From positions 62,001 through 126,000 of IMG/VR virus record IMGVR_UViG_3300042519_004024: DNA of 64,000 nt; one strand, given 5' to 3'. Below, piece by piece: positions 42,745-52,232 of the stretch (the first letter of the stretch is position 1; every line of letters begins with the position of its first letter). The position numbers and the translations under genes are program-made. Below the pieces are notes generated by a model. It searched no databases. It was given only the letters and a program-made list of their open reading frames with translations, and was not told the origin of the DNA.

Positions 42745-43095
42745 TTAGTAATTATATCTTTTATGTAATAGACTATCGATTTCTGATTTTGTCATTTTAT
42801 CAATCTCTTCACCTTTTTCTTTATAGTATTCTTTTATTGTTATCTTTTGATTTCTAACTTTGGCAATTGTTGAGTCTATTTTCGTTAATTCTTTTTTATA
42901 TGATTCAATTTGTGAGTCTAATTTTTTTTGGCTTTCCACTAACAAATGAATTTCATTATTTAATTGTTCTAATTTATATTTGTCTAATTCTGACATTTCA
43001 GGTTTTGGTGTTGCCAAATAAACAACTAAATATAAAACACCAATGAATAGTATTCCCCCTAAAACGTATTTATAATATTTTTTTACAGTTTCCAT
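42745..43095 (-). CDS. N-terminal TM plus coiled coil (i-spanin-like candidate)
   Basis: VLGGILFIGVLYLVVYLA then heptad repeats. Confidence 0.6.
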   Translation of the reverse strand: METVKKYYKYVLGGILFIGVLYLVVYLATPKPEMSELDKYKLEQLNNEIHLLVESQKKLDSQIESYKKELTKIDSTIAKVRNQKITIKEYYKEKGEEIDKMTKSEIDSLLHKRYNY

Positions 43096-43097
43096 AA

Positions 43098-43646
43098 TTA
43101 TTCAGGTTTTTGTATTGTCTTTTTTCTACTTGAAATAACTTTAGCCCATTTTGATTTAAATTTTTCATAAAAACCTGTCAACTTAGTTATTAGTTCTGTT
43201 AATTTTTCGTCCAGTTTAATCATATCTCCGTTGATATAAACTCCATTATTCTCTCCAATTGAAAAGAAGAATTCTAAATCAAAGTCAATAACTTTACCGC
43301 TCCATTGTACTTCATTTTGATACATATTTAATACACCAAAATCAGATAAGTCTGAAACATCCTCAACGAATTCATCCATTGTTTCTTGGAACGCTGTTTT
43401 TTCCTCTGTCGTTAATTCTAAATCTCTTTTTTCTTTTCCGTGTAGTGATAATAACCCACCAGAGATTCTATACGTCTTACTTTTATCTCTTTTAATTTGA
43501 CTTGAGTCTGTTTCAGATGAGTTTTGTAATTCATCGTCTTCTATGTTATTTTCAATACTTTTACCTAAATTAGTTGCTTCAGGTTGTTCCATAAGCATTC
43601 TAGTTTTTTTAAGTAATGCTTTTATTTCGTCATATTCATTTATCAT
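43098..43646 (-). CDS. Leader-family hypothetical protein
   Basis: MINEYDEIKALLKKTRMLMEQ. Confidence 0.75.
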   Translation of the reverse strand: MINEYDEIKALLKKTRMLMEQPEATNLGKSIENNIEDDELQNSSETDSSQIKRDKSKTYRISGGLLSLHGKEKRDLELTTEEKTAFQETMDEFVEDVSDLSDFGVLNMYQNEVQWSGKVIDFDLEFFFSIGENNGVYINGDMIKLDEKLTELITKLTGFYEKFKSKWAKVISSRKKTIQKPE

Positions 43647-44235
43647 TTTCTAATTGTTGTTTAAAATGTTTAAAATTAAAAGAAGGGTTTACGTCTTTAT
43701 GTGTGAAATCAAAATTACTTCTAGACACTATACCTTTAAAATGTTCAACCCCATCGAATCTAACATTATGTCCTATACAATCTTTTGGTATTTTAAACTT
43801 TTCACAAAGTTGGTTAACCAATATTGTAAGGCTATTCATTTGTTTTTTGGTATATATGTCCCAAAAAAAATAATCTCTCCATTTTTTCTCGTACACCTCT
43901 TTTTTATAAATATCTCCAATCCAATTAACGTACGTTTCATCTAATGGATTTTTTTTTAACCACCCATTATTCTCTATACTTATAATTATTGAGTTTTTAT
44001 CAATATCAACATCTTTCATAAACTCTGAATATTTTTCAGGTTTCATTACTTCATATGTGTCCCCATTTTTAGATATTATATAATTTGGTAAATATGGGTT
44101 TTTTTTATTATATCTATACCTTAAAGAATTGATATAGTTTTTATAATCCCGTCCGGTGTCTGTTAAAATAATTTGTTTTTTATTTTCGTTGACTCCCTTT
44201 TCTTTAAATTCTGTTAATTCGTAAAGATTTCCCAT
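43636..44235 (-). CDS. Amidase_2-fold protein, probably catalytically dead
   Basis: QIILTDTG, PNYIISKNG, ISIENNG, YTKKQMNSL, GIVSRSNF, KDVNPSF; Zn-ligand His positions replaced. Confidence 0.7.
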   Translation of the reverse strand: MGNLYELTEFKEKGVNENKKQIILTDTGRDYKNYINSLRYRYNKKNPYLPNYIISKNGDTYEVMKPEKYSEFMKDVDIDKNSIIISIENNGWLKKNPLDETYVNWIGDIYKKEVYEKKWRDYFFWDIYTKKQMNSLTILVNQLCEKFKIPKDCIGHNVRFDGVEHFKGIVSRSNFDFTHKDVNPSFNFKHFKQQLENDK

Positions 44236-45613
44236 AACCGTCTCTATTAAGGTATGTTAATTTTTTAGATTTAGGTTCTTGTGATGGTAAATTATCTACT
44301 AAAATTTCTTCTTTCTTTTCTTCTTCTACTTCTTTATTTTCTTTTTCAAATAATAAATTCTCTAATTTAATTAATTCCTCTTCGGTTGGTTTTATCGGTT
44401 CATCACTATTATTTTCAGGTATTTTATAATTTTCGTCTAATATTTTTTGTAATTGTTCTAACCACTCCTTAGTAGGTTTTAATTTATATTTTTCTTCATC
44501 TTCTACTTGATCGGTACTTGGTCGGTACTTGGTCGGTACTTGATCGGTTTCTTCCTCATCGTTATAATATGGTGTAAAAGCTAACGACGTAGGTTCATCT
44601 ACTAAATCTTCTTCAGTTGGTTCTGGTAATTTACTTTCTTTTTTTAATTTTTTTACCCTGTCCCATACCCTTTTTATTTGGTCGGTATTTGGTCGGTACC
44701 TATTTGGTACTTGGTCGGTTACTTCAACCTCATCATGTATGGTATCATGTATTGTATCATGTATGGTCTCTTCTTTGTGAGGGACATTGTTGTCCCTCTC
44801 TGAATTTTTGTCTTTTCTTTTACTTTTAAAGGCTTGGTTTGTTGCAATAACTAATGTTATCGCTAACGGATCAAAAACAAAAATTAATATCAATATGAAA
44901 AGATTTGCAGTTCTTTTAATATCCCAATCAAGTAACTCACTTACATATTTTAATGCCCCTAATTCACTTCCTGATATTTCTTCTGATTCCATATTTAAAA
45001 TATCAACATCAAGTTTTGTAATACTATCATTCATATTGTCAATTCTTTTTGCAATTGTATCCCTTCTCACTTGTGCCTGTGATAACTGAGTTTCAAATGA
45101 TTTTCTATTGTCATTATTTGCCCGTGTAACAACTTGTCCTGTTTTTCTATCAACAGATTGTGTTGTTGTATTATTAGACAAACCATCTCTTAATTTTGTA
45201 ATGTCACCATCTAATGTGTTTTTTTCTTTAGTTAACTCGTCTTTAACTTCTTCAAATCTTTTCTTTTTGACTTCAACGTTTTTAACCTGTTTTTCATTTA
45301 TTTCAAGTTTCGTAATATTTCCTTGAAATCCTGTACTTAGTAATCCATAGATACCTAATGAAGTGATTAGTGATAAAGTAATAAGAGCGATTGTTAAATA
45401 TATTTTTAAAACTCCGTAAGTCTCTTTCCACTTATCGTGAAGATATGTTGCGATAGCAATTTTAGATACCTCTAAAAATGAACCCATAATAATTACCGGT
45501 ATCGCAACACCAACAAAAACAATAGACAACCCAACGACACTATAATATGCTGCGGTTCCTGACAACCCTAAGGCACAAACTAACAAAAACCAAGGTAAAA
45601 AATTTTCTTTCAT
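44204..45613 (-). CDS. Multi-TM coiled-coil membrane protein with repetitive tail
   Basis: Three N-terminal TMs, coiled coil, TM ending DPLAITLVIA, acidic tail. Confidence 0.8.
   Translation of the reverse strand: MKENFLPWFLLVCALGLSGTAAYYSVVGLSIVFVGVAIPVIIMGSFLEVSKIAIATYLHDKWKETYGVLKIYLTIALITLSLITSLGIYGLLSTGFQGNITKLEINEKQVKNVEVKKKRFEEVKDELTKEKNTLDGDITKLRDGLSNNTTTQSVDRKTGQVVTRANNDNRKSFETQLSQAQVRRDTIAKRIDNMNDSITKLDVDILNMESEEISGSELGALKYVSELLDWDIKRTANLFILILIFVFDPLAITLVIATNQAFKSKRKDKNSERDNNVPHKEETIHDTIHDTIHDEVEVTDQVPNRYRPNTDQIKRVWDRVKKLKKESKLPEPTEEDLVDEPTSLAFTPYYNDEEETDQVPTKYRPSTDQVEDEEKYKLKPTKEWLEQLQKILDENYKIPENNSDEPIKPTEEELIKLENLLFEKENKEVEEEKKEEILVDNLPSQEPKSKKLTYLNRDGYGKSLRINRI
44504..44767. 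repeat. 11-nt and 12-nt tandem repeats in membrane-protein gene
   Basis: TCGGTACTTGG x3 at 44511-44543; degenerate copies at about 44675-44718; ATCATGTATGGT-like x3 at 44732-44767. Confidence 0.85.
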
Positions 45614-45650
45614 AATATAATATTATAGTAAATAAATATAAAAGATAAAC

Positions 45651-45785
45651 AAAAAACCCTTCACCGGTACCAATGAAGGGGGTAGTTTCATCTTACCATG
45701 TAGATAAAATTGAGGAATTTCACCCTGAGAACCTCGTGTCTCATTCCGCCGAGTTGTATGGGTAATCTCGGTTCAACCCCTTTTT
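45651..45785 (-). ncRNA. Structured 3'-UTR element ending in a terminator
   Basis: CCGAG/CTCGG, GGAAT/ATTCC, GAGA/TCTC; terminator CCCTTCA/TGAAGGG plus T-run. Confidence 0.5.
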
Positions 45786-46323
45786 AAATATATATTACTT
45801 TATATTTAGTTATTAATTTTTGTTCAACAGTAACTCTATTTGTTTTTTTTTCTTCGTCTTTTGTTTTTAAAAAATCACCATCATCAGAAAATGCCGAAGT
45901 AATTATATTAAAAAAGTTACCGTCCTTTTTTAATAAAACCTCCATATAATTAAATTTTTTCTCATCTTCATTATCTGTTCTTTTATGTACAAAAATTATT
46001 TGGTTATTATGTGGTGATTCATCTTTAAATGAATTATAAATTTTTTCCACATTTTTTGAAAATAGTTTTTTAATCATAGAATCAGGTACGGCAAGTCTTG
46101 GTTCAATTTGGTACTTAGATTTTCTTGTTTCCAAATATTCTTTATATTTATCAACAATTTCATTGTAAGTATCTGATCCAAACCTTTCTTTTCTTTGGTG
46201 AAATGTTGATTTTAATTGAATGAGTCTATTATCCACCGCCTTAGAGAATATTACAGTTCCACTTTGTCTTCTGTGTGAAGTTTCATTAATTACTATATTT
46301 TTTAATGAGAATAATAGTTTCAT
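45784..46323 (-). CDS. Leader-family hypothetical protein
   Basis: MKLLFSLKNIVINET; TATTTAT 46329-46335. Confidence 0.75.
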   Translation of the reverse strand: MKLLFSLKNIVINETSHRRQSGTVIFSKAVDNRLIQLKSTFHQRKERFGSDTYNEIVDKYKEYLETRKSKYQIEPRLAVPDSMIKKLFSKNVEKIYNSFKDESPHNNQIIFVHKRTDNEDEKKFNYMEVLLKKDGNFFNIITSAFSDDGDFLKTKDEEKKTNRVTVEQKLITKYKVIYI

Positions 46324-46336
46324 ATAATATAAATAT

Positions 46337-46364
46337 AAAAAGGGTGAGAAAACTCACCCTTTTA
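46337..46364. terminator. Bidirectional intrinsic terminator
   Basis: AAAGGGTGAG-AAAA-CTCACCCTTT. Confidence 0.85.
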
Positions 46365-46480
46365 TTTTTTCCGTACCGATTAGAGGATTTTAAACCCGAC
46401 ACACTAACCGCGGTGTCACGACGACTTACGACCCCAGGAGTAAGCTTCCCGACAAACATTTAGTTAACTATCAACGTTTG
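46365..46480 (-). ncRNA. Stand-alone sRNA candidate downstream of the sigma gene
   Basis: Own promoter 46486-46517 and terminator 46337-46364; hairpins CAAACGTT/AATGTTTG, GCTTAC/GTAAGT, GACAC/GTGTC. Confidence 0.6.
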
Positions 46481-46524
46481 TGATACAAAGATATATTCTT
46501 TTTTTGAATCTGCCAAACATTTTA

Positions 46525-47340
46525 TCATAAATATTCAAATAAATCCGCACATTCATTTCTAAGTTTTCTTAGTGCCTTTTCTTTAATCTGTCTAACACGT
46601 TCTTTTGTTAGTCCAAAATCAGAACCAATATCTTCAAGTGTTCTTGGTGTTCCTGAAATACCGTAGTAATCTTCAACAATCAATCTTTCTCTTTCGTCCA
46701 ATATGGACATTATGTTCATCATCTTTTCTTTTAACGCATCTTTAGTGGAAAAAACTTCATCAGGTGATTCAACATTATCATTTTTAATAATATCGATAAG
46801 TGTGTCACCATCTTCATTGATGTGCATATCTAAATCGATGATTTTAGGTAATGTTGCGAATTTATCGGATAATTCCTTATTAGTCTTCTCGTTTTCTTTT
46901 TTCTCTTTGTACATGTCTTGTACAACATTAACCGGAAGTCTAATAGTTCTTGAATTCTCATTAAGGGATTGTAAAATAGACTGCTTAATCCACCAAACTG
47001 CGTATGAGATAAATCTATTGTTTTTAGTCCAATCAAAGTTTTTGATAGCTTTCATTAATCCGAAGTTACCTTCAGCAATTAAGTCAGCCAAATCTATTCC
47101 TTGATTTTGATATTGTTTTGCAACTGTAATAACAAACCTTAGATTACCTTCAAGTAATTCTTTATAGATATGTTCTCTTTCTCTTTCGCTACAGTCGTTA
47201 GATGTAATACGTTGTGACAACATTTTTTCTCTTTCGGGAGTCATCACTTTATATTTTCTAATTTCTCTTAAATAAATTTGAATCTCATCTTGATTCAAAG
47301 GGTTTGACGACTTAATGTCCTCCATCTTTTCTCTTTCCAT
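46525..47340 (-). CDS. rpoD: RpoD-like sigma-70 factor (Bacteroidota type, no region 1.1)
   Basis: YLREIRK; NLRFVITVAKQYQNQG; RFISYAVWWIKQSI; TLEDIGSDFGLTKERVRQIKEKALRKLR. Confidence 0.92.
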   Translation of the reverse strand: MEREKMEDIKSSNPLNQDEIQIYLREIRKYKVMTPEREKMLSQRITSNDCSEREREHIYKELLEGNLRFVITVAKQYQNQGIDLADLIAEGNFGLMKAIKNFDWTKNNRFISYAVWWIKQSILQSLNENSRTIRLPVNVVQDMYKEKKENEKTNKELSDKFATLPKIIDLDMHINEDGDTLIDIIKNDNVESPDEVFSTKDALKEKMMNIMSILDERERLIVEDYYGISGTPRTLEDIGSDFGLTKERVRQIKEKALRKLRNECADLFEYL

Positions 47341-47890
47341 AATTGTCTAAAATCTCTTTTTCTTTCTCTGTTAATGAATCTATTCCTTTCTCTGATATTT
47401 TGTCCAAAATCTCATCTACCGTTGGTAAGTAATCGGGTTCTGTTTTCATAACCATCTGATTAAAGTCTGCGGGTAGAAGAAACTCAAACGTAAAATTTTT
47501 TAATTCTTCTCTTCTTTCTTTTAATTTTGTTTCTACATTAATTTCACCTGTTCTGTTTTCTTTCTTTTTTTCTCCGTCAATATTCAAAAAATCTTTCTTT
47601 AGTTTTCTTGGCATTTTTATGTCTACGTTCTTAGTTACTTCCATTAAAAAGTATTGTTCCGTTATTTCTGACATAGCCATATCGATATAATCTTTAAGGT
47701 CAGTAAAAACTTCTTTACTTCTAAAATGAAAAACCACACCATACTCACCATAAGTAAATTTTAAAAACGGTGAAGAAACTACGGTTAATAACTGAGACGA
47801 CAAATTTGTTGCCAAGTTTTCTTGTTCGTCAAAATCTCCAAAAATAAATAACATATAACAGGGATCTTGTTTTGGTTGTCTTTTACGCAT
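47312..47890 (-). CDS. Hypothetical protein with DUF6576-like C-terminal motif
   Basis: VDEILDKISEKGIDSLTEKEKEIL; ATG 47890. Confidence 0.7.
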   Translation of the reverse strand: MRKRQPKQDPCYMLFIFGDFDEQENLATNLSSQLLTVVSSPFLKFTYGEYGVVFHFRSKEVFTDLKDYIDMAMSEITEQYFLMEVTKNVDIKMPRKLKKDFLNIDGEKKKENRTGEINVETKLKERREELKNFTFEFLLPADFNQMVMKTEPDYLPTVDEILDKISEKGIDSLTEKEKEILDNYGKRKDGGH

Positions 47891-47965
47891 CAATTTGTTT
47901 TTAATATATACTACAAAGTTATAAATTTTTTCACTAACACCAAACATATTCAACTAATAAATATT

Positions 47966-48865
47966 TTATTTAAGTGTTTTATTATTTTTTCTTTTCAAAA
48001 GGGCATCTTCTTTAGAGAGTATGAATTTAACTTTTGGGTTTGGTTCTTCATGAGTAAATGGTGTTAAATTCTCCACTCTTTTTTTAGATAAATCAACATA
48101 CTCTTCATTTAAATCGATTCCAACAAAATTTCTATTATTAAGTTTTGCCATTTTTAATGTTGTTCCACTACCACACATTGGATCTAAAACTAAATCCCCA
48201 ACATTACTCCAAGATAAGATATGATCCTCTGCTAAAGATTCAGGAAATATTGCTGGATGTTGAAACGCTAAGTCGTCCTTACTTGAAAACCCTTTACCGT
48301 TATTTATGTACCAAACATTATATCTTGTACCAAACTCAGACACAACGAACTTATCTACTTTTTTTAGATTACCATCTTTTTCTCTCTTAGATGGATCTCC
48401 AAAGTTACTATGTCCTGCCCATCGGTTAGGTTTGTCTTTAAGAAGATTAACAGTTTTAGGTTTACCTTTTGAAAGGATTAACATGTATTCAAATACTTGT
48501 GAATATCTACCCGTTTCAGGAAACGGAGCTCCATTCTTATGGTATATCATGGTATCATACAAGGTAAAACCAATCTCCATAAATTTAAGGGCTTGTCTAA
48601 ACGAACTCCCTGTTTCACCACCATTTTTTACCTGATCATTAACAACCCAAACAACCACACCACCTTTTTTAGTTACTCGATATAATTCTTTAGCCATCTC
48701 AACAAATGGGAAACTAAAACCGTCTTCATACACAACCTCATCTTTAATCTTACCATTATAGGTTCTAAGATTATCGTATGGCGGTGATGTTACCGTCAAA
48801 TCAAAAGTATTGTCTTCATAATTCTGTAATACCTCAATAGCATTACCTAGTATAACTTCATTCAT
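47966..48865 (-). CDS. Beta-class N4/N6 DNA methyltransferase
   Basis: VTSPPYDN; HPAIFPESLA; LDPMCGSGTT. Confidence 0.92.
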   Translation of the reverse strand: MNEVILGNAIEVLQNYEDNTFDLTVTSPPYDNLRTYNGKIKDEVVYEDGFSFPFVEMAKELYRVTKKGGVVVWVVNDQVKNGGETGSSFRQALKFMEIGFTLYDTMIYHKNGAPFPETGRYSQVFEYMLILSKGKPKTVNLLKDKPNRWAGHSNFGDPSKREKDGNLKKVDKFVVSEFGTRYNVWYINNGKGFSSKDDLAFQHPAIFPESLAEDHILSWSNVGDLVLDPMCGSGTTLKMAKLNNRNFVGIDLNEEYVDLSKKRVENLTPFTHEEPNPKVKFILSKEDALLKRKNNKTLK

Positions 48866-49551
48866 ATTTTTTCAAAAATTATCTTTTTATATTTTGCATT
48901 TTTTTTAAGACTACCACAAATAATGTTTTCAGTATAATCAACATCAGCAGAAAATTTTAACTGAGTAAAACTACTATTATTTTTGGCTTCTCCTTTCCAA
49001 AAGTTTTTATCTAAATTAACTAACATAATAAAAATACCATTAACATAGTCACCACCAACCTCAACTTTTTTATCTCTGTCTATTGATAATGATATTAAAA
49101 GAAATATATCTGTCTTTGACGTGGTGTGTGTTGCGCCGGTAAACCCTTTATCACTTTGTGTAACTTTTATTTCGATTATTACTATTTCGTCGTTAAACTG
49201 AAATATAGCATCAAAAGATTTGTCTTTTATTTCATCGGTATTAGTAACCTCAGTTATTTTAAGGACTTTTATGTTAGCATCTCTATATAAAGAAAGAACC
49301 GTATTTAGTTTATAAACCAAATACGATTTTACACCATCATAAGATAGTCTAGTTGTTGTCAATACAGTGTGTTGTTTTGTGTCATCTTCAACATCTTTAA
49401 CCCACTGATTTATACTTAAACCTTCTCTATTTGCAATAGGAAATATGGTTAAAGGAATTTCGTTATTGATATAATCGACAAGGTGTTTAGCAAACCCAAG
49501 TTTTTTTAAATGAATAACTAAATCCCTAACCAAAATTTTCTTATCTGTCAT
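48862..49551 (-). CDS. Putative PD-(D/E)XK restriction endonuclease
   Basis: KSFDAIF-x8-IEIKVT; ATGA overlap with methyltransferase; ATG 49551. Confidence 0.6.
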   Translation of the reverse strand: MTDKKILVRDLVIHLKKLGFAKHLVDYINNEIPLTIFPIANREGLSINQWVKDVEDDTKQHTVLTTTRLSYDGVKSYLVYKLNTVLSLYRDANIKVLKITEVTNTDEIKDKSFDAIFQFNDEIVIIEIKVTQSDKGFTGATHTTSKTDIFLLISLSIDRDKKVEVGGDYVNGIFIMLVNLDKNFWKGEAKNNSSFTQLKFSADVDYTENIICGSLKKNAKYKKIIFEKI

Positions 49552-49602
49552 TTTACACTTATTTATACAAATATAAGAATAAAATATCAATTGGTCACTA
49601 GT

Positions 49603-52026
49603 TTATTGAAAAACTTTCGAGATATTATCTTCTTTGACTATTTTTATCGTATTATCCCCCCATGTATTAACAATTGTTGAGTGACTTATTATTAATATTG
49701 TTGGGAAAAAGTCTTTAATCGCCGTAAAGAAATTATGTACCATATCTAAATTTTCATTTGATATTTTTCCGAACACCTCATCAAATACAATAATATTTGG
49801 TCGAGGTAAACTACATATCTTACTTAAAACCGATCTTAAAGCAAGTGATGCAATTGTCCTTTCATAACCACTACCTGAAGACATTAGTTTCTCAACACCA
49901 GTACCATTATCAATCATATTAAACTCAACTTCGTTTTTATCATTGATTTGAATTTGTAGTTTAAAATATGCGCTTTCTTCCATTAGTCTTTGAAGTTCCG
50001 AATTAATAAGTGGAATCATTGTTTTCATTATAATCTTAGAGATTCCGTTTTTACCGTAAACTTCCAAATAAATCTTATAAATTTTTTCCTTTTCTTGTTC
50101 TTCAGCAATTTTTATAATATTATTCAAATTTGTTTTAATTTTTTCTTCTAAAGATTTAATGGAATACTCATCACCATTGATTTGGTTTTGTGTATTAGTT
50201 TTTTGTCTATCTAACTCTTCCAATCTTAGATTAGCCTTCATTATCATTGAATCAGTGTGTTCGTTAGATTTAATTTTATCCAACATCTTATCGTACTCAG
50301 TTAACTTTGACTGTAGTCCTTCTATCTTTAACTGATAATTTTCAATTGTTGCATCATATTTTTCTTTGATGAGTTTGTTTTTTTCGTACTCATCAAACTC
50401 CTTTTTAAGTCTAACAAATGTTAATTCTATGCCTGTTAAAACCTGCATTGTTTGGTAATTTTGATCCTTTTGCAGGATATAACCATCAAGTTCAGATATT
50501 TTTTGTTGGGTGATTGATGCATTCATTAAATCAATTCCACAATGTTCACATTTAATTCCTCCCTTTACTGAAGATTTTAATTTTTCAATTTCAGATATTT
50601 TTGTATCCAATTCAACCTTCACTTTAAACGCATTATTATACTCTTCCTTTAACTTGTCGTGTTCGTCTTCTTTATAGTACTCTTTTGGTTCAACAACATT
50701 AAGTTCATTAAGTTTTATTTTTGTTTGTTCAATTTGATACTCGTGTCCTTCAATTTCTTGTTTAACCTGGCTTGGATTCAATCTACTTAACTCAACATCA
50801 ATATCTGTATGTTTTTTAGATATCATTTCGTCTCGGTAATTACTACCTTTACTGATGTTAGCAACTATATTTATTAGCTCAAGTTTATTAGTTTCAATTT
50901 TACCCTTTAATTCAGATATTTTTATTTCATTATTTTCATTATCTGTTTTTAACTGTTCTGTATTATATATGTTTGATAACATAGACTTAGAAAAGTCAGA
51001 ATATATTGATTTTGCAACCTCTTCTTTTCTTCTTAAAAAATCAAGACCCATAAACCGTGAAAGAACTTGTCCTCTCGCAGTTGGTTTTGAATCAATTAAT
51101 TCTTCAAGGTTTGTTGCTGTTGTAAGAATTGTCATTAAGAAGTCTTCTTTTGTTCCGATAGATTCTTTAATGAATTTTTCAGTTTCTCTTCTTTGTTCAC
51201 CAGTAAAGTTTTGTAATGTCCCATCAGATAATTTTTTAAAAAAGTCCAATTCGGTTTTTACATTCCATTCACCCTTTTTAGATAATTTTCTTTCAATATT
51301 TCTAATGATAATATACTCTTCACCATCAATAATAATCTCACCTTTAACTGTTACTTTATCTTTATCGGTAAACCTGTTAAAGATTTCTTCGGCTTTTGTG
51401 GTTTTTGTTGTTTCATTAAAGAATAAAAATAATAATAAGTCCACTGACAAAACAGTTTTACCTCCAAAATTTGGTGGATTTGATTCAATAACAGTTAATC
51501 CATTTGTTTTTTCAAAATCAACTTTTTGATTTTCACCGTAAGAAAGAAAATTTGAGAACTCGATATTTTTTATAAACCATTTCTTAAAAACTGCGGTTTC
51601 TGTTTCAGTTTCTAACATTTTATTTTCAACCATTTTATTATGATTCAAAATCGCATCCAAATGTTTATCGTAATTTTTACTTGTTATAAACTGTCTAAGT
51701 AACTCAATTTGGTAGTTTGTGTCCATGATATTCACAGACACATCTACTGTTTGCTCACCTTCTTCCTTTTCAATTTTAGCCTTTGTTATTACATTGACAT
51801 TTGTTGTGTTATACTTTTTTTGAAAGTAATGTTTGACACTCTTAATCTTATCTTGGGTAAAATTTTCATTATTGTCTTCCCAAACAACTTGAATTGTTGG
51901 GTTATCAAATTTTGAAAAATCTAAATCTTTTGTCATTATATTATAATTAAACGGTTTACTCTCCTTGAACAGGTTCAGTTGATTCGGATCCTTCTTGTGT
52001 TGTTTCTTCTTGTATGTTTTCCTCAT
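49603..52026 (-). CDS. sbcC: SbcC/Rad50/gp46-like ATPase with N-terminal extension
   Basis: FIKNIEFSNFLSYG; PNFGGKT; Zn hook CEHC; MSSGSGYE; IIVFDEVFG; ISH. Start may be ATG 51936. Confidence 0.9.
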   Translation of the reverse strand: MRKTYKKKQHKKDPNQLNLFKESKPFNYNIMTKDLDFSKFDNPTIQVVWEDNNENFTQDKIKSVKHYFQKKYNTTNVNVITKAKIEKEEGEQTVDVSVNIMDTNYQIELLRQFITSKNYDKHLDAILNHNKMVENKMLETETETAVFKKWFIKNIEFSNFLSYGENQKVDFEKTNGLTVIESNPPNFGGKTVLSVDLLLFLFFNETTKTTKAEEIFNRFTDKDKVTVKGEIIIDGEEYIIIRNIERKLSKKGEWNVKTELDFFKKLSDGTLQNFTGEQRRETEKFIKESIGTKEDFLMTILTTATNLEELIDSKPTARGQVLSRFMGLDFLRRKEEVAKSIYSDFSKSMLSNIYNTEQLKTDNENNEIKISELKGKIETNKLELINIVANISKGSNYRDEMISKKHTDIDVELSRLNPSQVKQEIEGHEYQIEQTKIKLNELNVVEPKEYYKEDEHDKLKEEYNNAFKVKVELDTKISEIEKLKSSVKGGIKCEHCGIDLMNASITQQKISELDGYILQKDQNYQTMQVLTGIELTFVRLKKEFDEYEKNKLIKEKYDATIENYQLKIEGLQSKLTEYDKMLDKIKSNEHTDSMIMKANLRLEELDRQKTNTQNQINGDEYSIKSLEEKIKTNLNNIIKIAEEQEKEKIYKIYLEVYGKNGISKIIMKTMIPLINSELQRLMEESAYFKLQIQINDKNEVEFNMIDNGTGVEKLMSSGSGYERTIASLALRSVLSKICSLPRPNIIVFDEVFGKISNENLDMVHNFFTAIKDFFPTILIISHSTIVNTWGDNTIKIVKEDNISKVFQ

Positions 52027-52210
52027 CTTGTAATAATCCTGTTAATCCTGACATTGTGTCTCCTGACATTGACGCAAATTGTTCTTTCATTTTTTCCATT
52101 TGTTCTTCAAATGCCGCTTGCCAAAGTTTTTGCATTCTTTTTTCTTGTACTTTCAGATTGGCGTTTCTTTTCACCACTTTTGCTCTATGAGCCTTTGCTG
52201 CTTTTCCCAT
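51956..52210 (-). CDS. Hypothetical protein
   Basis: Basic N-terminus, acidic C-terminus. Confidence 0.7.
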   Translation of the reverse strand: MGKAAKAHRAKVVKRNANLKVQEKRMQKLWQAAFEEQMEKMKEQFASMSGDTMSGLTGLLQDEENIQEETTQEGSESTEPVQGE

Positions 52211-52232
52211 TATTAGTTATTATTAGTTATTA

